From Bigelowiella natans CCMP2755 (lineage: Eukaryota; Protista; Cercozoa), in assembly GCA_000320545.1 (NCBI GenBank), contig ADNK01001625.1:55316-119315 (forward strand): 64,000 nt of DNA. The letters are read 5' to 3'. Positions 11,486 through 24,297 of this stretch are shown piece after piece (position 1 is the first letter of the stretch; every line of letters begins with the position of its first letter). The position numbers and the translations under genes were made by a program. The notes below the pieces were generated by a model, which saw only the letters and a list, made by a program, of their open reading frames with translations, was not told the DNA's origin and ran no database searches.

Positions 11486-13681
11486 TATCATCAGTAGCAG
11501 CAGCAGCAGTAGCAGCGGCAGCAGCACAATCATCACCTTTATCATTATCATTATTATATGACACTCCCAATTACTATAAATTACTTTCCAGTGTTGCCTT
11601 CTCCCTGCTGCTCTCCTTGGGCACTCTTAAATTCATTATCACTTATAATCTTTATCATTCATGACAGGAGAAATAAGGAGCAGAGAAAGGCAAATATAAG
11701 AGGAGGAGGAGGGGGAGAGAGAATGCAAATGATTAGCTGTGGCGACAGCCCGCATGTATATGAATTTATTGTAATACACCTGTAGTCAGTCAAATATGAT
11801 AACACTCTAACTAAATAAATAAACCTCCAAAGGTGTACCTCTGCTTCTACGACATTAACAGTGTTCTGCGGTTGGCTGCCCTTCCCCTCTTCTGGTTGTT
11901 GCATCCGTGCATCGATCTATTTTTGTAATAATAGAATGGAGATTTAAATTGAGAGAGATTAATAGTAGAGGGGATTCATTGTAGTAGTCTAAGAAGCGTC
12001 TGTGCTCCTAAACCCCCAACCCCTCTCTATCTCTGACATAGTCATACCAGTAAATCCATGAAGTCTTTCCTCTCAAATAACCCTTTATAGCTAACTGAAC
12101 AACACGCCAAAAGAGAGTAAAATGATTGATTATGATGAGACTAGGGTAGAGCATTTCTACCTAAATCGTGTGATAGTTTTGAATCGATTATGCAATTTTG
12201 TTTTACCTCCGCGCTCATCTAACTCTTGTTTGATCTCTTTTATCTATGATTAATATCGGTGGTGGGTATTGGAGAAGGGGAGGAGGAGGAGGAGGAGGTG
12301 AAGGCGAATTACTTGACTGGATAAGGTATTTGTGGGTAGGGTGTTGCATCATCATCGGATAACTCCCTTAAAAAATATTTTCTTTATGATTATTTGTTAG
12401 ATAGCAGGTTAGTAACATCATCATAGATTTCTTTACAACCTTCAATTTGCTTACGGCCTGAATCACGTCTCCTCGATCAATCGACGGAGAGGACGATGAT
12501 GATGACGACGATTGCGATGATAAATCAGGGTCTTGTGCTCCACCAGCCCGACTACCATCAGTAGCATCAGCAGTAGCAGTATGCTCTTCTCCTACCCCTT
12601 GAGATGTTTTTCCTTTGATATAAGTAGATTCAAGAGTACCAAGTCTGGAGGAGGAAAAGAACAATGAGGAGGGAGGATAAATACGTGAGTAACTAGTAAT
12701 TCATGAAGAAGAAGAAGTAGTAGTAGCCAAGCGTTATTATTTATGTGTGGATAGTATTTGTACTGCGTCTATGGCGGGAGACTTCCGTTTGTGTTGGTTA
12801 TTCCAGGCATAAGGTGAAGAGGAAGAGGAGGAGGAGGAGGAGATGGACCCTCACGAAACAACAAACGTATTACACTCTTTATACTTACGAATCTTGCGGT
12901 TACCTTGCCTCGTACAAGCGCTCAACAAACTCAGATTTTTCTAACAAATCGCTGTAAACCACTCCTAATTTCTCCATTTCTTGGCGTATTTCCTTCAATC
13001 GCATCTTCGAAATCTCTTTCTTCATGTCGACGTCATCATTCTGAAATAGCAGACAGCAGCACGATAAGATAAATGGATCTACATGATGGGGATCATAATG
13101 TAGACAATTGTGTTACTATTCTAAATCTACCGTTGTGCCGCTACGGCCCCTCAGTATTTCACCAAGGCTCGGAATTCGCAATGTTCGCAGGGGCAAGATG
13201 ATGCTTCCGGGCTGATGTCTCGACGCCGGAGAGAACGAAGATATTGAGGATGAATCGAATATTGAAGGAACACTGAATGGATACTTGCTTCTTGATCGCT
13301 TACTATAGAAAGTATCTCCACCACTGCTAGAGGCAGTATCACATCTGCTTGATGCTAATTTGGGCAATCGGTTGCTACTCCTCAGTATTCTGAGGAGGGG
13401 GAGCTTGCTTACCCTGAATGATTACAAAGGACAGTGTTATCGTGTGAAGCGCAGCTGATTATGCGATAACATTACCTGAAAGCTTTCTGGTGAACCATTC
13501 GCTGAGAGAGAGGCATAGCGTAGAGAACTGCGGCAGTATATTATTTCTTATATCAGGTATAATGTTATTTCAACAATAATCTCCGATAATTCAGCAACAC
13601 TCAATACAACCATGTTTTACTTTGGGCAAAGGTGATAAATAGGTACGGTGGAATCAATGCCGTTGCCTGGATCGCCGCCAT
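10373..13681 (-). CDS. Putative plastid-targeted co-chaperone: two SAP-like (ARMET_C-type) motifs + GGMP/Gly-rich linker + C-terminal STI1 (DP/NP) domain
   Basis: Leader MAAIQATALIPPYLFITFAQ|ILYA followed by an S/R-rich transit-like stretch. MRLKEIRQEMEKLGVVYSDLLEKSEFVERL and LKIKEIKQELDERGVSYKGLFERKDFMDLL. FGGMPGFGGMPG. VMSNPKAMGAIQKAASNPKIMAAVQDMQANGPAAFAKYASDPEIKEVL*. Confidence 0.75.
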
Positions 13682-14335
13682 TCGTCGTAGCTAGCAATCG
13701 GGTTGCCGGGTGTTTGGATAGTAGGTGGGGGAGAGGAGGTACCCTATGATGATTGATGGTTCGGCGGTTTTAATAGTGCGACATCTGAAATTCCCAACTT
13801 TTCATATGCGATTTTATACCTGCGACATTGATTAAATACCTAATTTTGTTCCTTCTGGCTACGGTGAGCACTGCCACCAAACCTATGTCTCACAACCGGA
13901 CGACGAGAACACAACAGATTCTTTGTGTATCAACCACATGTTCGCAATGAGTGGAAAAACAAAAAGCTCCGCAAATAGCTAGCGTGTTGACTTTTTTTTT
14001 CGACGACGTCGCCAGAAACTATGAGTGTGCTGCAGTGTAGCGCGAAATTGTAAAAAAAGTGCTCCAGCAGCTCTGCGTCCTCTGCGTTCTTGGTCTTCCT
14101 CTCAAGAAATGAGTACTTAGAACAATCCTTGCTTGATCTCAGCGACAAGAATGTTCTCTTGTGCCTCTAAAGTAATCCATTTTTTTTGGAGAGACGTCTC
14201 AATATGCTCAACTCGCACTGAAACGCACTGGGATGTTATCAAACAATAATTTTCGCTGTCCATTCGCGTTTGAACCCAATGACTGGACAAACTAGTATTC
14301 AGACAGACTAGCAGAATCCATCCTTCCTCTGGACT

Positions 14336-16122
14336 ATGAAAGTGTTTCTCGCATTATCGCTCCTTGTGTCCTTCTGCGAGGCTGTATGGGGACCCAGAAA
14401 GGGAGCACAGCAGAGTTTGGTACTGGTAGTAGTAACACCTCATAACGCAACAATACATCAGGTTGTTCATAACCAACATTTTTTCCTTTAAAGGATTCTA
14501 TGGAGTCATCTTCATCATCATCTTCTTCATCATCATCATCATCATCATCATCACCTGCAGCACCCACATATGACATTGGGTGCATTTATCCAGAAGAGAT
14601 GCCTGAACCGATAACAGCCAGACAGCAGTTCATCGGGGCACAAGTTTCCTCTACAGCAGCTACAGCACCCCTTGAAACTCCGGTGGTGGTAAGAGGCGCG
14701 GAGCTAATCGGGACAGCTACCTACAATTGCTTAGCTTACCATGATACAACAGCACTCGATCGTATTACTGAAGCACCGCCCCTGTTCAGAGTTCCACAAT
14801 TTGCACATAATGCGTTTGCCCGTGTTATCTGTGCTTTAACAGCGCAACAGATAATCATCGCTACCCAGTTCACTACCCTTGCTCCTTTAACTAATGCCGT
14901 TCTACAAGGATGGGGACTCACGGTACCACAATCGGTTCGGCCAGAGATACTTGCTTGCGGAATAAACTCTACATGCCTTTTCGAAGTCGCCCAGACTAAC
15001 AACTTTCTTCCCTTTGTCATTGGAGAGATTGTAGCATTCGAAATATTTGCATTACAAATTGCAAATAGTGGATGGAACGACAATGGAGCTCTTGTGTACG
15101 ATCCCCGCCTCCGTAAGGCGGTTCCGTGTGCACTAAATTGCCAGGGTTATGCGGATATCATTGGCTATGCTCCTGTGAATAGCCCATACAACAACGGACG
15201 TGGACCAAGAAAATTAATCGTCGGACGAGAGAGGCGATGGGAGCCCCTTTTGGAGACAGATGGGTTCGGCTTCTTCTTTCGTCAAGAACACATTACTCCA
15301 CACATCGGATTCACAGTACAACCGACTCTAATTGACGAGATCGTCATGGTGGAAAGGCCACGCTACAATCTGAAGATGGAGGTAGATTTGCTGCTTGAGA
15401 GACTCAGAAATTTAACAACAGATATTGATAGACAACGAGATGTGGTATTTTATGACAACAAGCTTTCTGTTCGAAATCTGATCCAGACAGAAGTAAGAAC
15501 TCAATTCAACCAATCATACGAGCAGGAAGTTCTATTCATTTCAGCACTTGATGCGACTGAGGCCGATTCAACTATCTCTGTTTGGCGTAACAAAGTGCAT
15601 TTTGATCTTGTTCGTCCGACAACTGTGATACAGCGCAGATCGGGTGAAATCATAGAGACTTATTCTGGTGATCGAAACGCACCTGGTCCTGTTTCCGTGC
15701 CAGCTCGTAACTATGTACCATTTGTTCGAATTCAGCCTCACAGCGAGTATCCATCAGGATCAGCTTGCCTCTGCCAAGGGTATCAGGAATACACCGACGC
15801 TTTCACCCAAGGGGAGTACGGTGGGGTAGTCACCAACCTTGAAATCCCATGCGTGCCTCCCCTCTGCGACATTCCGGGGATGGTTCGTGCTACTGATATG
15901 ACAGATCTCTCAAACATATGTGGAGAGAGCAGACTTGATGCGGGACTACACTTCACAGCATCTGTACCTGCTGGACGGCAAGCGTGCAGTGGGATTGGGC
16001 CAAAGGGCTATGAATTAGCAACAAGATTAAAAGCAAATAGTCCTGCATTCTTACCAGAAAACGGCCACTTTTCCGACAGTCCCCGCCCTGTGTGTGGCGA
16101 CGCTGGAGGGGCTACTAGCTAA
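14336..16122 (+). CDS. Secreted vanadium-dependent haloperoxidase-like / PAP2-superfamily protein
   Basis: Signal-peptide exon MKVFLALSLLVSFCEA...QQSL (14336-14419), intron 14420-14493, then one long exon with KVHFDLVRP, PHSEYPSGS and SRLDAGLHF motifs. Confidence 0.82.
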
Positions 16123-17044
16123 TTGTAAGCTAGAGTTTCATGAGCAAGACAATTCTTGGAAAAACTGCCTACAGGTTCAGGCATACTCGCGCCGTACCTC
16201 GGTTTTTCTATGCGTCATCTTTTAATTAATTGTTCTCTTTTCCTCCTCTGAACAGTGCGATATTAATTGCACAGTAGTTTTTACCAGGAGACGCCATACA
16301 TTTAGCTCACATTACAATCTTTCTTATTTGAAAAACAGCTTCGACCTAATTTCATCGTTATTATTTTAAATTGTTATGTTAAATTGTTATTCGAAGATCT
16401 TTTGGTAAATTTAATTTGATGATAAGTAAATCGATATCTTCCGATATAATGTCAGTAAAGCAGAATCTTTGTAAAGTTTACTCACATTTTTGAGGCACAA
16501 TGGAACGGTCACTGATCGAGGCTCTAGCACCTACTCCACATGTATATGGCATGATCTACGCATGTCAATGTATGTAGGGTTACAACATGATGATCTATGT
16601 ACATCAACATGACAGAATGAGGCCCATAACATTGCATTCTTCCCTTGAAGCTTCGCGCGACATACCGTAAGCAAGCACGAAGTTGTGCAGCATGTATCCG
16701 TCTCGCGCTTTACTAGTATCAATGCGCAAAAGACTAAGCAGGTAGATGGACATCAGATCGTTTTTTCTTCTCACCAAACGAACAAATCAAGCATGCGTGC
16801 CATTACTTTGGCGTTCAGTGCCATTAAAGTCACATCGCACACTCGCGCAGTTCTAGAGAGCGCAGATGCATACAGCAGCAAAAAAGTAACAAAATATGCA
16901 GAGCTTTCGACGCGTGTAGCTATAATTATATATGTGTCTTGTCTATGTGTGCTATATTCATAATAATCACGTTTTTGGTACTTCTGAATGAAATCTTACA
17001 GCAGTTGGCTCTACTGACATATAAATCTAAGATCCGATGAAAAA

Positions 17045-18582
17045 TCAATTGTTATCATTTAAAGCTACGCAGGTCACAGCTTTCTGATGTCCCTTGTATT
17101 CCATCAAAACGTTGCCAGTGCTCAGCTTCCACAATTTGGCAGACATATCGGAAGATGCTAATATAGAGCAGTGGAAAACAACCAACCATGATGCTATTAT
17201 CAGATACTGCTGTATATCTTATGATTAATACAATAATAACCACAAAATAATAATGATAATAATACTAATAATAATTCATAATAAAAGGAATTTGACCTGA
17301 TACGAGATATTGCGAATCAGCCGAGAAACAACAGTCCCATACCCAACGCTGATGACCAACTAATGTTTTTTCTAATTCAAACTTCTTCGATATGTTCCAT
17401 ATCTTTATTGTCTTGTCTGCGGACGTTGTTGCCAGGTACCTGAAAACAGTTTTCAACGATAATTTGACACCGTGTCGTCAACGGATAATAATCCATCACA
17501 ACATTCAAGCCGCATTATCGAAAATTTCTGCTGTGAAATATCATAACCACACGGCACTGTAAGTAGTAGTTTTTCGAAATAGAGTAAATCTTACTTGACG
17601 TCCGGACTTATAAGAGCTTTTAAGCAATACGTGTCGTGTGCCTCGATTTTATGCAGTGGCCTGAAGGCTACATCCGAGTGCGCTGTACTACTATCATTCA
17701 ATTTCCAAATGAAGCAAGTTCCACGATTGTTTGCCGCCATTACAAGAGATGCATCTGGCGCAATGGTGATAGAGCGAATGGCACACTTCCCATCCGGAAC
17801 TAACTCATAACTACAGGCATTAGCAGTCAGATCCCATACGCGTATGTTCCCATCCTCGTCCCCAGAGATAATTTCGCCCTATTATGGAGTTGAAATGATG
17901 AGACAGGATTCAACTCAAGTGAGTAGATAATGCTATTTTCTGGACCACCACCTGATTCGGGTGTAGTGCTGCAGTGTTTATGGCAGCTTTACTGGGGTAA
18001 GACCGCTGAAATCCAGATCTTTGACGCATATCCCATATCTTAAGCGTTCCATCTTCGGAACCAGTGAACATCCATTTGCGGTCCTTCTGAAATCCCACTG
18101 CGGTAACATTCCCAGAGTGTCCCTGGAACGTTCGAACCTGGGAAGATTAATTAAATCCAGAGAACAAGAAGAACAAATATTAAATTGTAAAAATATTCAT
18201 GAATAAATCGTAAGAAATATGAAAACGAACCGGCATGGAGACGTCTTTCATTACATCGAATAAACGGCAGTGGCAATTGCCAACTGCTGCTAAGTATTGC
18301 TTGTCCGGTGTAATCGCCAACTTGTTGACTTGCTGTAATGAAGAAGTTGTTACGGTTGCAGCAGTGCCCGGAGATTAGGATTGAGCATCATTTTGCAATC
18401 ACTATCATGGTCATAAACATCATGTTTATCAACAACATCAATCTATGAGCTTATTCATTCCTGACAGAGTCGGAGAATTGCACGGTTCTGTAGCACTTCC
18501 CAGCTGGTGCCTCCCAAAATTTGATAGTGTGGTCATAACCCGCTGTACAAAGTACTACACTATGTTGATAACGCGAGGTCAT
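17045..18582 (-). CDS. LST8: TOR complex subunit LST8 (WD40), multi-exon
   Basis: [85 protein letters not shown]. Confidence 0.95.
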
Positions 18583-19009
18583 CTTTAGTGTTGTATTTTT
18601 GTCCTTATGGTATCTATGGGTGTCGGGATCCAATCAACTTTTTGCTTCCTCCCCCCCTAAGGAATCTTTCCTTAATGAATTCGGTGTTGTGAATTTACAC
18701 AGAATAGGCTATATCTCCATGTCGTACCTAAGGAATACAATCTATTTTATACCAAATAATACGTAATTTATTATTCAGAATTTGATTCATTTATTTGGAA
18801 GTTCTCTTGATAGTGACATGCGTCGGATTTTATGCTTGAGGTTGTTCTCGATATGCGCTACAAAATGCAAATCATTTATTCAGAAGTTTTCCCGATATTA
18901 ATAATACTAATAAAGATCGGTGATTATCTCACTCCTTTCCCCCCTCCACCTCGTTCCTCAGCACCACGTAAATGCCATGAGGAGGCATTAGTATTCGAAT
19001 GAATTGTGC

Positions 19010-20605
19010 ATGCACAGTTTTGCCACAATTTCTTCAAGTAAGTTGAAGGAGGTTAATGAGGCAAGTACCTTGCTGAGCCATGGCAACGATGATGATGTCT
19101 TTGCAAAGCATGGCATACAGCTCCCGACCCATCTCAACACATTATCCCGACGATGGGCTTCTCTCCTCCTCTTTTGCATTCTAAGCGCTATATGCTCTGG
19201 ACCTCTAACATCCTGGGCAACATTGGAACCCATTCTAATCGCTGACTATCGCGTTTTCGAAGGTAGAGATCAGAAGACGCAGCTCTCCTCTGTATATTCT
19301 GTCGCGGTAGGAACTGCTGTCCTAGGCTTATTCTTTGCAGGATTGGCGTATGATCGCTTTGGACCTCGAAACTTAGCAGTATTTGGAGGCTTTGGGTGCT
19401 CCGTAATGATGCTAGCCATGGCATCGTGCATTTCGTATCAAAGTCTCAATAAATTGCTCTTTGTCACATACCCAGCTCTTACAATTTTTGGCCAAATAAA
19501 TTTGTTTGGAGCTTACGCCTGGCTTTGGCTTCTTCCCGAATCTCAAAATACAGTCAACTCTCTCGGGTCTGCTATTATTCCCTCATTAAGTAATATGTCG
19601 GTACTTATTTTAGTAGTGCTGCATAACAGCTACCGAGTTCAGCTCGTGGAGTCTTTTAATGGCTTAGCCGTTATCTGTTTTGTATCCGCTTCTATCTGCT
19701 ACTTCATAGTCCCGGGAAAGAAACAGAATCTTCGTTACGCGAGTTTTGTCACTCGATATAAAATGGGGGCTGGAGCAAAGCAAAGAGGACTTGGCGATAG
19801 ATTTTCTAGTTTTTGTGACACTGATGGTGGGGATGAATATCACCGAGAAGAGATTGTCAATATGGAAATTACTGATGCAGTTGAGAAGAAGGAGGAAAAT
19901 GTGGTACGGTTTGAATGCTGCTCCATGGAAATCCAAAATGTGAGGGCTTCTTGGGCCCTCATGTTTTCCACGTATCCCCTTGAAAACGCTACGCTTTTGG
20001 CACACGTAATGCTGCTGTATGTTTTCGTGTTGTTTCCAATATTGGACATGTACCCATTCTATTGTGCTATATTCAAAGACGAGAAAGTAGCGACACAATT
20101 GGTTGACATTTTTGCAGCAATTTATGGATTATGTGGAGCGGTAGGAGCGATACTTATTGGAATGCTGATGGATAAATTTGGATTATTGATTATGTTTGGT
20201 ATCATTCAAGTAGCTACTACTTTAGTCGCAACACTGTTGATTTCTGGTGAATATGGAGTGCAGATTGGTGCACAGATACTGCTTGTAGTACTTGCTCAAT
20301 TGCTTAGCATTGTTGTCAATCGATTTGCGATGCTTTATGGACCACCGGAACTCTACGGCACCTACTCTGGCATTCAAATGGCATTTTTGGGCTTTGGTCA
20401 AATGTTGCTCATCCCTGCAATAAAGTTATTTGGTAGCATCATATATCCTCCTTCCATGTATCAAGCTGCAACTCGGTACGTGATGACCTTCTCTGTGTTA
20501 GGAGGCTTATCTATACTCGGTGGTCTTGCAATGTGCTATGTTCTCTGGCTTCGACCACCGCCGAAACCTGGGACTGTGAAGATCAAATTAGCGACAGTTT
20601 CTTGA
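19010..20605 (+). CDS. Major facilitator superfamily transporter (SLC43/LAT3-FMP42-like), intronless
   Basis: About 12 hydrophobic helices; MFS loop motifs GLAYDRFGPR and GMLMDKFG; central hydrophilic loop. Confidence 0.85.
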   Translation: MHSFATISSSKLKEVNEASTLLSHGNDDDVFAKHGIQLPTHLNTLSRRWASLLLFCILSAICSGPLTSWATLEPILIADYRVFEGRDQKTQLSSVYSVAVGTAVLGLFFAGLAYDRFGPRNLAVFGGFGCSVMMLAMASCISYQSLNKLLFVTYPALTIFGQINLFGAYAWLWLLPESQNTVNSLGSAIIPSLSNMSVLILVVLHNSYRVQLVESFNGLAVICFVSASICYFIVPGKKQNLRYASFVTRYKMGAGAKQRGLGDRFSSFCDTDGGDEYHREEIVNMEITDAVEKKEENVVRFECCSMEIQNVRASWALMFSTYPLENATLLAHVMLLYVFVLFPILDMYPFYCAIFKDEKVATQLVDIFAAIYGLCGAVGAILIGMLMDKFGLLIMFGIIQVATTLVATLLISGEYGVQIGAQILLVVLAQLLSIVVNRFAMLYGPPELYGTYSGIQMAFLGFGQMLLIPAIKLFGSIIYPPSMYQAATRYVMTFSVLGGLSILGGLAMCYVLWLRPPPKPGTVKIKLATVS

Positions 20606-21704
20606 AAAATAAAGCTGGAAAAAATGACTGTGATTCTTTCTTGACGGGCAGATCTTGTAATCTGTAAATTGGGATTGTTAATCTAATTTATAAGGAATGA
20701 AAAATGAATGATATAGGCATGTAATATTCGGATTATACACACAGTGTAGCGTCTAGATGGTAGCCCATACGCGGCAGCATACTTACGCATGTGCATCCAC
20801 TGCTGCTACATGACTCTCCTGCCTCACTGTCACTATAAGAGTGCAATACCTGGAAAATTTAGGCGGAGCGCGCAAATAGCGGATCATGGCAGTTCAATCT
20901 AGCAATGTGCGCTGCCCGCACTGTGTTGCGAAATGCTTTGTTACTTGTTCAGCTTGCTGCAGGCAATGCCACCGCACACACTACTGTACAGATGATTAGT
21001 GAGCTGTGCTCTGCCAACGTATGAAGCCATTCTAGCATTGCAGCGTTGCATGCGCGCGCGATATGGTATAAATGGCGCGATTATACGATATATCGCACTG
21101 AGCCATTCTAGTAGCGCTGCACAACTGCGCACGAACGCCTGGCATGCCAGGCGCCAGGCGCATGGAATGCCAATGTCTAGACCATCATACACTCTAGAAA
21201 GTGTGTGTGTGTGTGTGTACATGGCCATCCACTATTGCCGGGCAGCCGCCGTGTCGCATGCTGCCGCACACGGCCGCAAGCTGACTACTATAGATAGACT
21301 AGCTAGCTAGCTAGTCCAGAGCGTCAGAGACCCTGGTCTGACAGCTATGCGCACACGTATTGCGTCATGAAGCAAGACTTACGCATTCCTGCTAATGTGG
21401 CTGCGATTGCACGTGTATGCTAGCATGGCTAGATGGCTTAGCTAGCTAGCTAGAGCTGCCACTGGCGTCGCGCACCGACCACACAAAGCAAATGTATTTT
21501 GCTGTTACGCAGTGTGGGCGTACACATCAGAGACATTGTGCCGTAGCCGATTGCCGAACAAATAACAAGCGAGGGACTGGCACACACTGTTTTCACACGA
21601 AAATGAGTTTATATGTACAATAAGTTTGATTCTGAATTCACAGCAGTTAAAGTAATGCATAGAGTCTCTGACTATGCATCATCGCATCTGACCTAATGAC
21701 CTGA

Positions 21705-23432
21705 TTATTCATCTGACTTTGATGCTGCATGAAGTACTCTAATCCAAACCTTCTGAATCTGAGAATCCTCAGCAAAAAGTGTGTGTAGAGTTGTTCCGCT
21801 ACTCAAGGTGATTTCTAATCCATGCTTAGCTAACTGACTATCTTCCACTGCCTTTATTGTTGCTCCTCTGACACATGCCGCAACATCTCGTGATGACCGA
21901 CGATGTTTATGGCTCCTGAAGTGCGTCAGATATGACCCATGCAAAACAAAAAATCGCTTGTGAAGTGTGGAATTCGAACGCGGTTTCTGCAAATAACCCT
22001 CCATATAAAGGCAGGGGAAATCCTGATATTGGTACAGCTGGCTGTATGGAACAAAGCCTTTCGCTATTGCTTCTCGTTGAACAGAATCCAATGTGGATCC
22101 CCTGCTCTCTGGATTACTGCTGTTTCCCTTTGATTCACGATGCTGCTGCTGCTGCTGCTGGTGGTGGTGGTGTTTCGAGCTACCAGTTGAAAACGTTGTA
22201 TCTGCTCGGAACCTGTTGCTATCGTATGCCCGTAGCTCATCCAAAGCTTGCTCAAGTGCTCTCTTGCAGATAGGGTCAGAAGTTTTTGCCAAAAGCTCCA
22301 ACGTATCTACAATCTTCATTCTGTCCTCGCTAGTCCCTTCATCTCCACTACCTTCGTTCACTAACCCTAATGCAGCATCGTGTTGATTCTTAGAATCACT
22401 TTTTGATGTCGAAGTTCCTGTATTATTTGTCGTTACAGTTTCGTCAGAAGATGGAATAAAATCTAGTTTTCCCTTCCTACCGACTTCATCTTCCCAAGTA
22501 CTACATTGCGATTGCTGACTTTCCTTAATTTCTGATCGCTGCTGTTTGAATTTTTCCATGGCCTGTACCGATGCCGACATGATGCCTTTTACATTGCCAT
22601 TTCTCATCACATCAGTTGGAATTTCGGTAAGAGCATCAAAGAGACGCTTGCTCTCAGTAATGCTGATGAGCTTCGATTCGTAGGTCTTGAGGATTCCATA
22701 CACGATCCAAATTAAATTTGTCGTTCCATCTACCATAACAATATCCATGGCTTGCAGTGAAAGGTCTTCTGGGAAGTGTTCGGAGAAAAGAGTTGTCACC
22801 CACAGCTCCACAATAGTGACAAGATCCATTATGTCAATTCCAAGTTGATCAAAATGGTTACACAGCCGCCTTGAATTCTCACGCATCATGCTGAGTAGGA
22901 GGGCCAATTGATTTTTAACTCCTCCTTTACCGGCCGTGCTTGAAGAGTAAGCTCGCATACACTTTCCAAGCTTAGAGAATACCCCTAGCAACTTATGATC
23001 GTTTCTTGGATTATCTCCCAATGCATCTACAATCCTTGCCATAATTTGAACGACTCCCGGAGTGTAGTCACTCTCAGTATTCTCGCTATCTTCCATTTCT
23101 GTGTGGCACTGCACGAGCATCCCAACACGATGGATTTGTTCCCGAGAAAGGTGTTCAAAAGAAGATGATATGTGAAGAGACTCGAGCTGGAAGATAAGAT
23201 CTTCGGGCAATGTGTCGTCTGTATCAGCAACTGAAAGAGCATTGGCTCCTGCTTCAAACAGCTCTCCCTCTTCGTTCCCCCCGAATTCTTCCCTTAAACA
23301 GGCAGTCCAAACCTGCATCCTTTTGGCTGGAGAAACTCCATGTTTCCATACCGTTTCAACTGCTACCCTTGTTGATACAGATGACGGATCTTTGATGAAT
23401 GCATCCCACACTTGACGGGAAGAAGAAGCCAT
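21705..23432 (-). CDS. TBC (Rab-GAP-like) domain + C-terminal PH domain protein, intronless
   Basis: VWKHGVSPAKRMQVW, LCNHFDQLGID, WVTTLFSEHFP, AMDIVMVDG (TBC); MEGYLQKP...HKRFFVLHGSYLTHF...QKVWIRVL (PH). Confidence 0.85.
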   Translation of the reverse strand: MASSSRQVWDAFIKDPSSVSTRVAVETVWKHGVSPAKRMQVWTACLREEFGGNEEGELFEAGANALSVADTDDTLPEDLIFQLESLHISSSFEHLSREQIHRVGMLVQCHTEMEDSENTESDYTPGVVQIMARIVDALGDNPRNDHKLLGVFSKLGKCMRAYSSSTAGKGGVKNQLALLLSMMRENSRRLCNHFDQLGIDIMDLVTIVELWVTTLFSEHFPEDLSLQAMDIVMVDGTTNLIWIVYGILKTYESKLISITESKRLFDALTEIPTDVMRNGNVKGIMSASVQAMEKFKQQRSEIKESQQSQCSTWEDEVGRKGKLDFIPSSDETVTTNNTGTSTSKSDSKNQHDAALGLVNEGSGDEGTSEDRMKIVDTLELLAKTSDPICKRALEQALDELRAYDSNRFRADTTFSTGSSKHHHHQQQQQQHRESKGNSSNPESRGSTLDSVQREAIAKGFVPYSQLYQYQDFPCLYMEGYLQKPRSNSTLHKRFFVLHGSYLTHFRSHKHRRSSRDVAACVRGATIKAVEDSQLAKHGLEITLSSGTTLHTLFAEDSQIQKVWIRVLHAASKSDE

Positions 23433-23830
23433 AAAATATACTCGCTAGGGGTAAGTCGAACAGCCTTTCAATATATTTGCCAAGGCTTATGAGTCAGATC
23501 TTTACAGTTCAGAAAGTTACATTGTGATGTTTGTGGACACGTGTATGACAGCTTCATATGTGTGCGTTAGCTCTTTACATGCAAACAACATCAGAACCCA
23601 GATTAACAACAACCTGCTGGTGTGCTGCACAAAGGCGCCTTATATGAAAGCCAGAATTACTGTTTATGTCCCAATTTCGTGTAGGGAGGATTGGGAGGAG
23701 GATCAGAAAAATAAAAAGAGCAGATAAGTTGTATTGTTCGTTTTCAACCTACAGTCCTCCTCCCTCCTCCTCGTTGCAAACGAATCAAAGTCTTGTTGAT
23801 GATGGTGATGATGGATGTGCTGCATGTACG

Positions 23831-23905
23831 CAACAACTATTCACCACAACAACTCTTACAACAACTATTCACCACAACAACTCTTACAACAACTACACAC
23901 CAACA
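23831..23905. repeat. Minisatellite, 28-bp unit x ~2.5
   Basis: caacaactattcaccacaacaactctta repeated. Confidence 0.85.
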
Positions 23906-24297
23906 ACTCCTTTTATTTCCAGAAATAAATAGGAAATAAATTATACTGAATTTAACTGTAAAAGTTTAAAATATTGAAGTAACATACTCGCAATAAGGAT
24001 CTTCACTTGTACTTACTCCTTCCTATTTTTACTTCTCATTATACCGATAATACCTAAAAAAATAACGCAATTACCTTCATCATCATCATCATTCATATCA
24101 TCATCATTAACGACAACAACGCTGCAGGCAGTCACATCGTCACAACTGCAAGTAGATCTAGATCTAGGAGGGGACTAAAGAACGAAGAAGTATGCACAGT
24201 GCTCACATTTTTAACCCCTATCTTCTATTTCCCTACCGATAAAACCCTGTGCATATTATTCGTTGATTCGGTGAGATCTAATTACTGAAAAGTAGCT

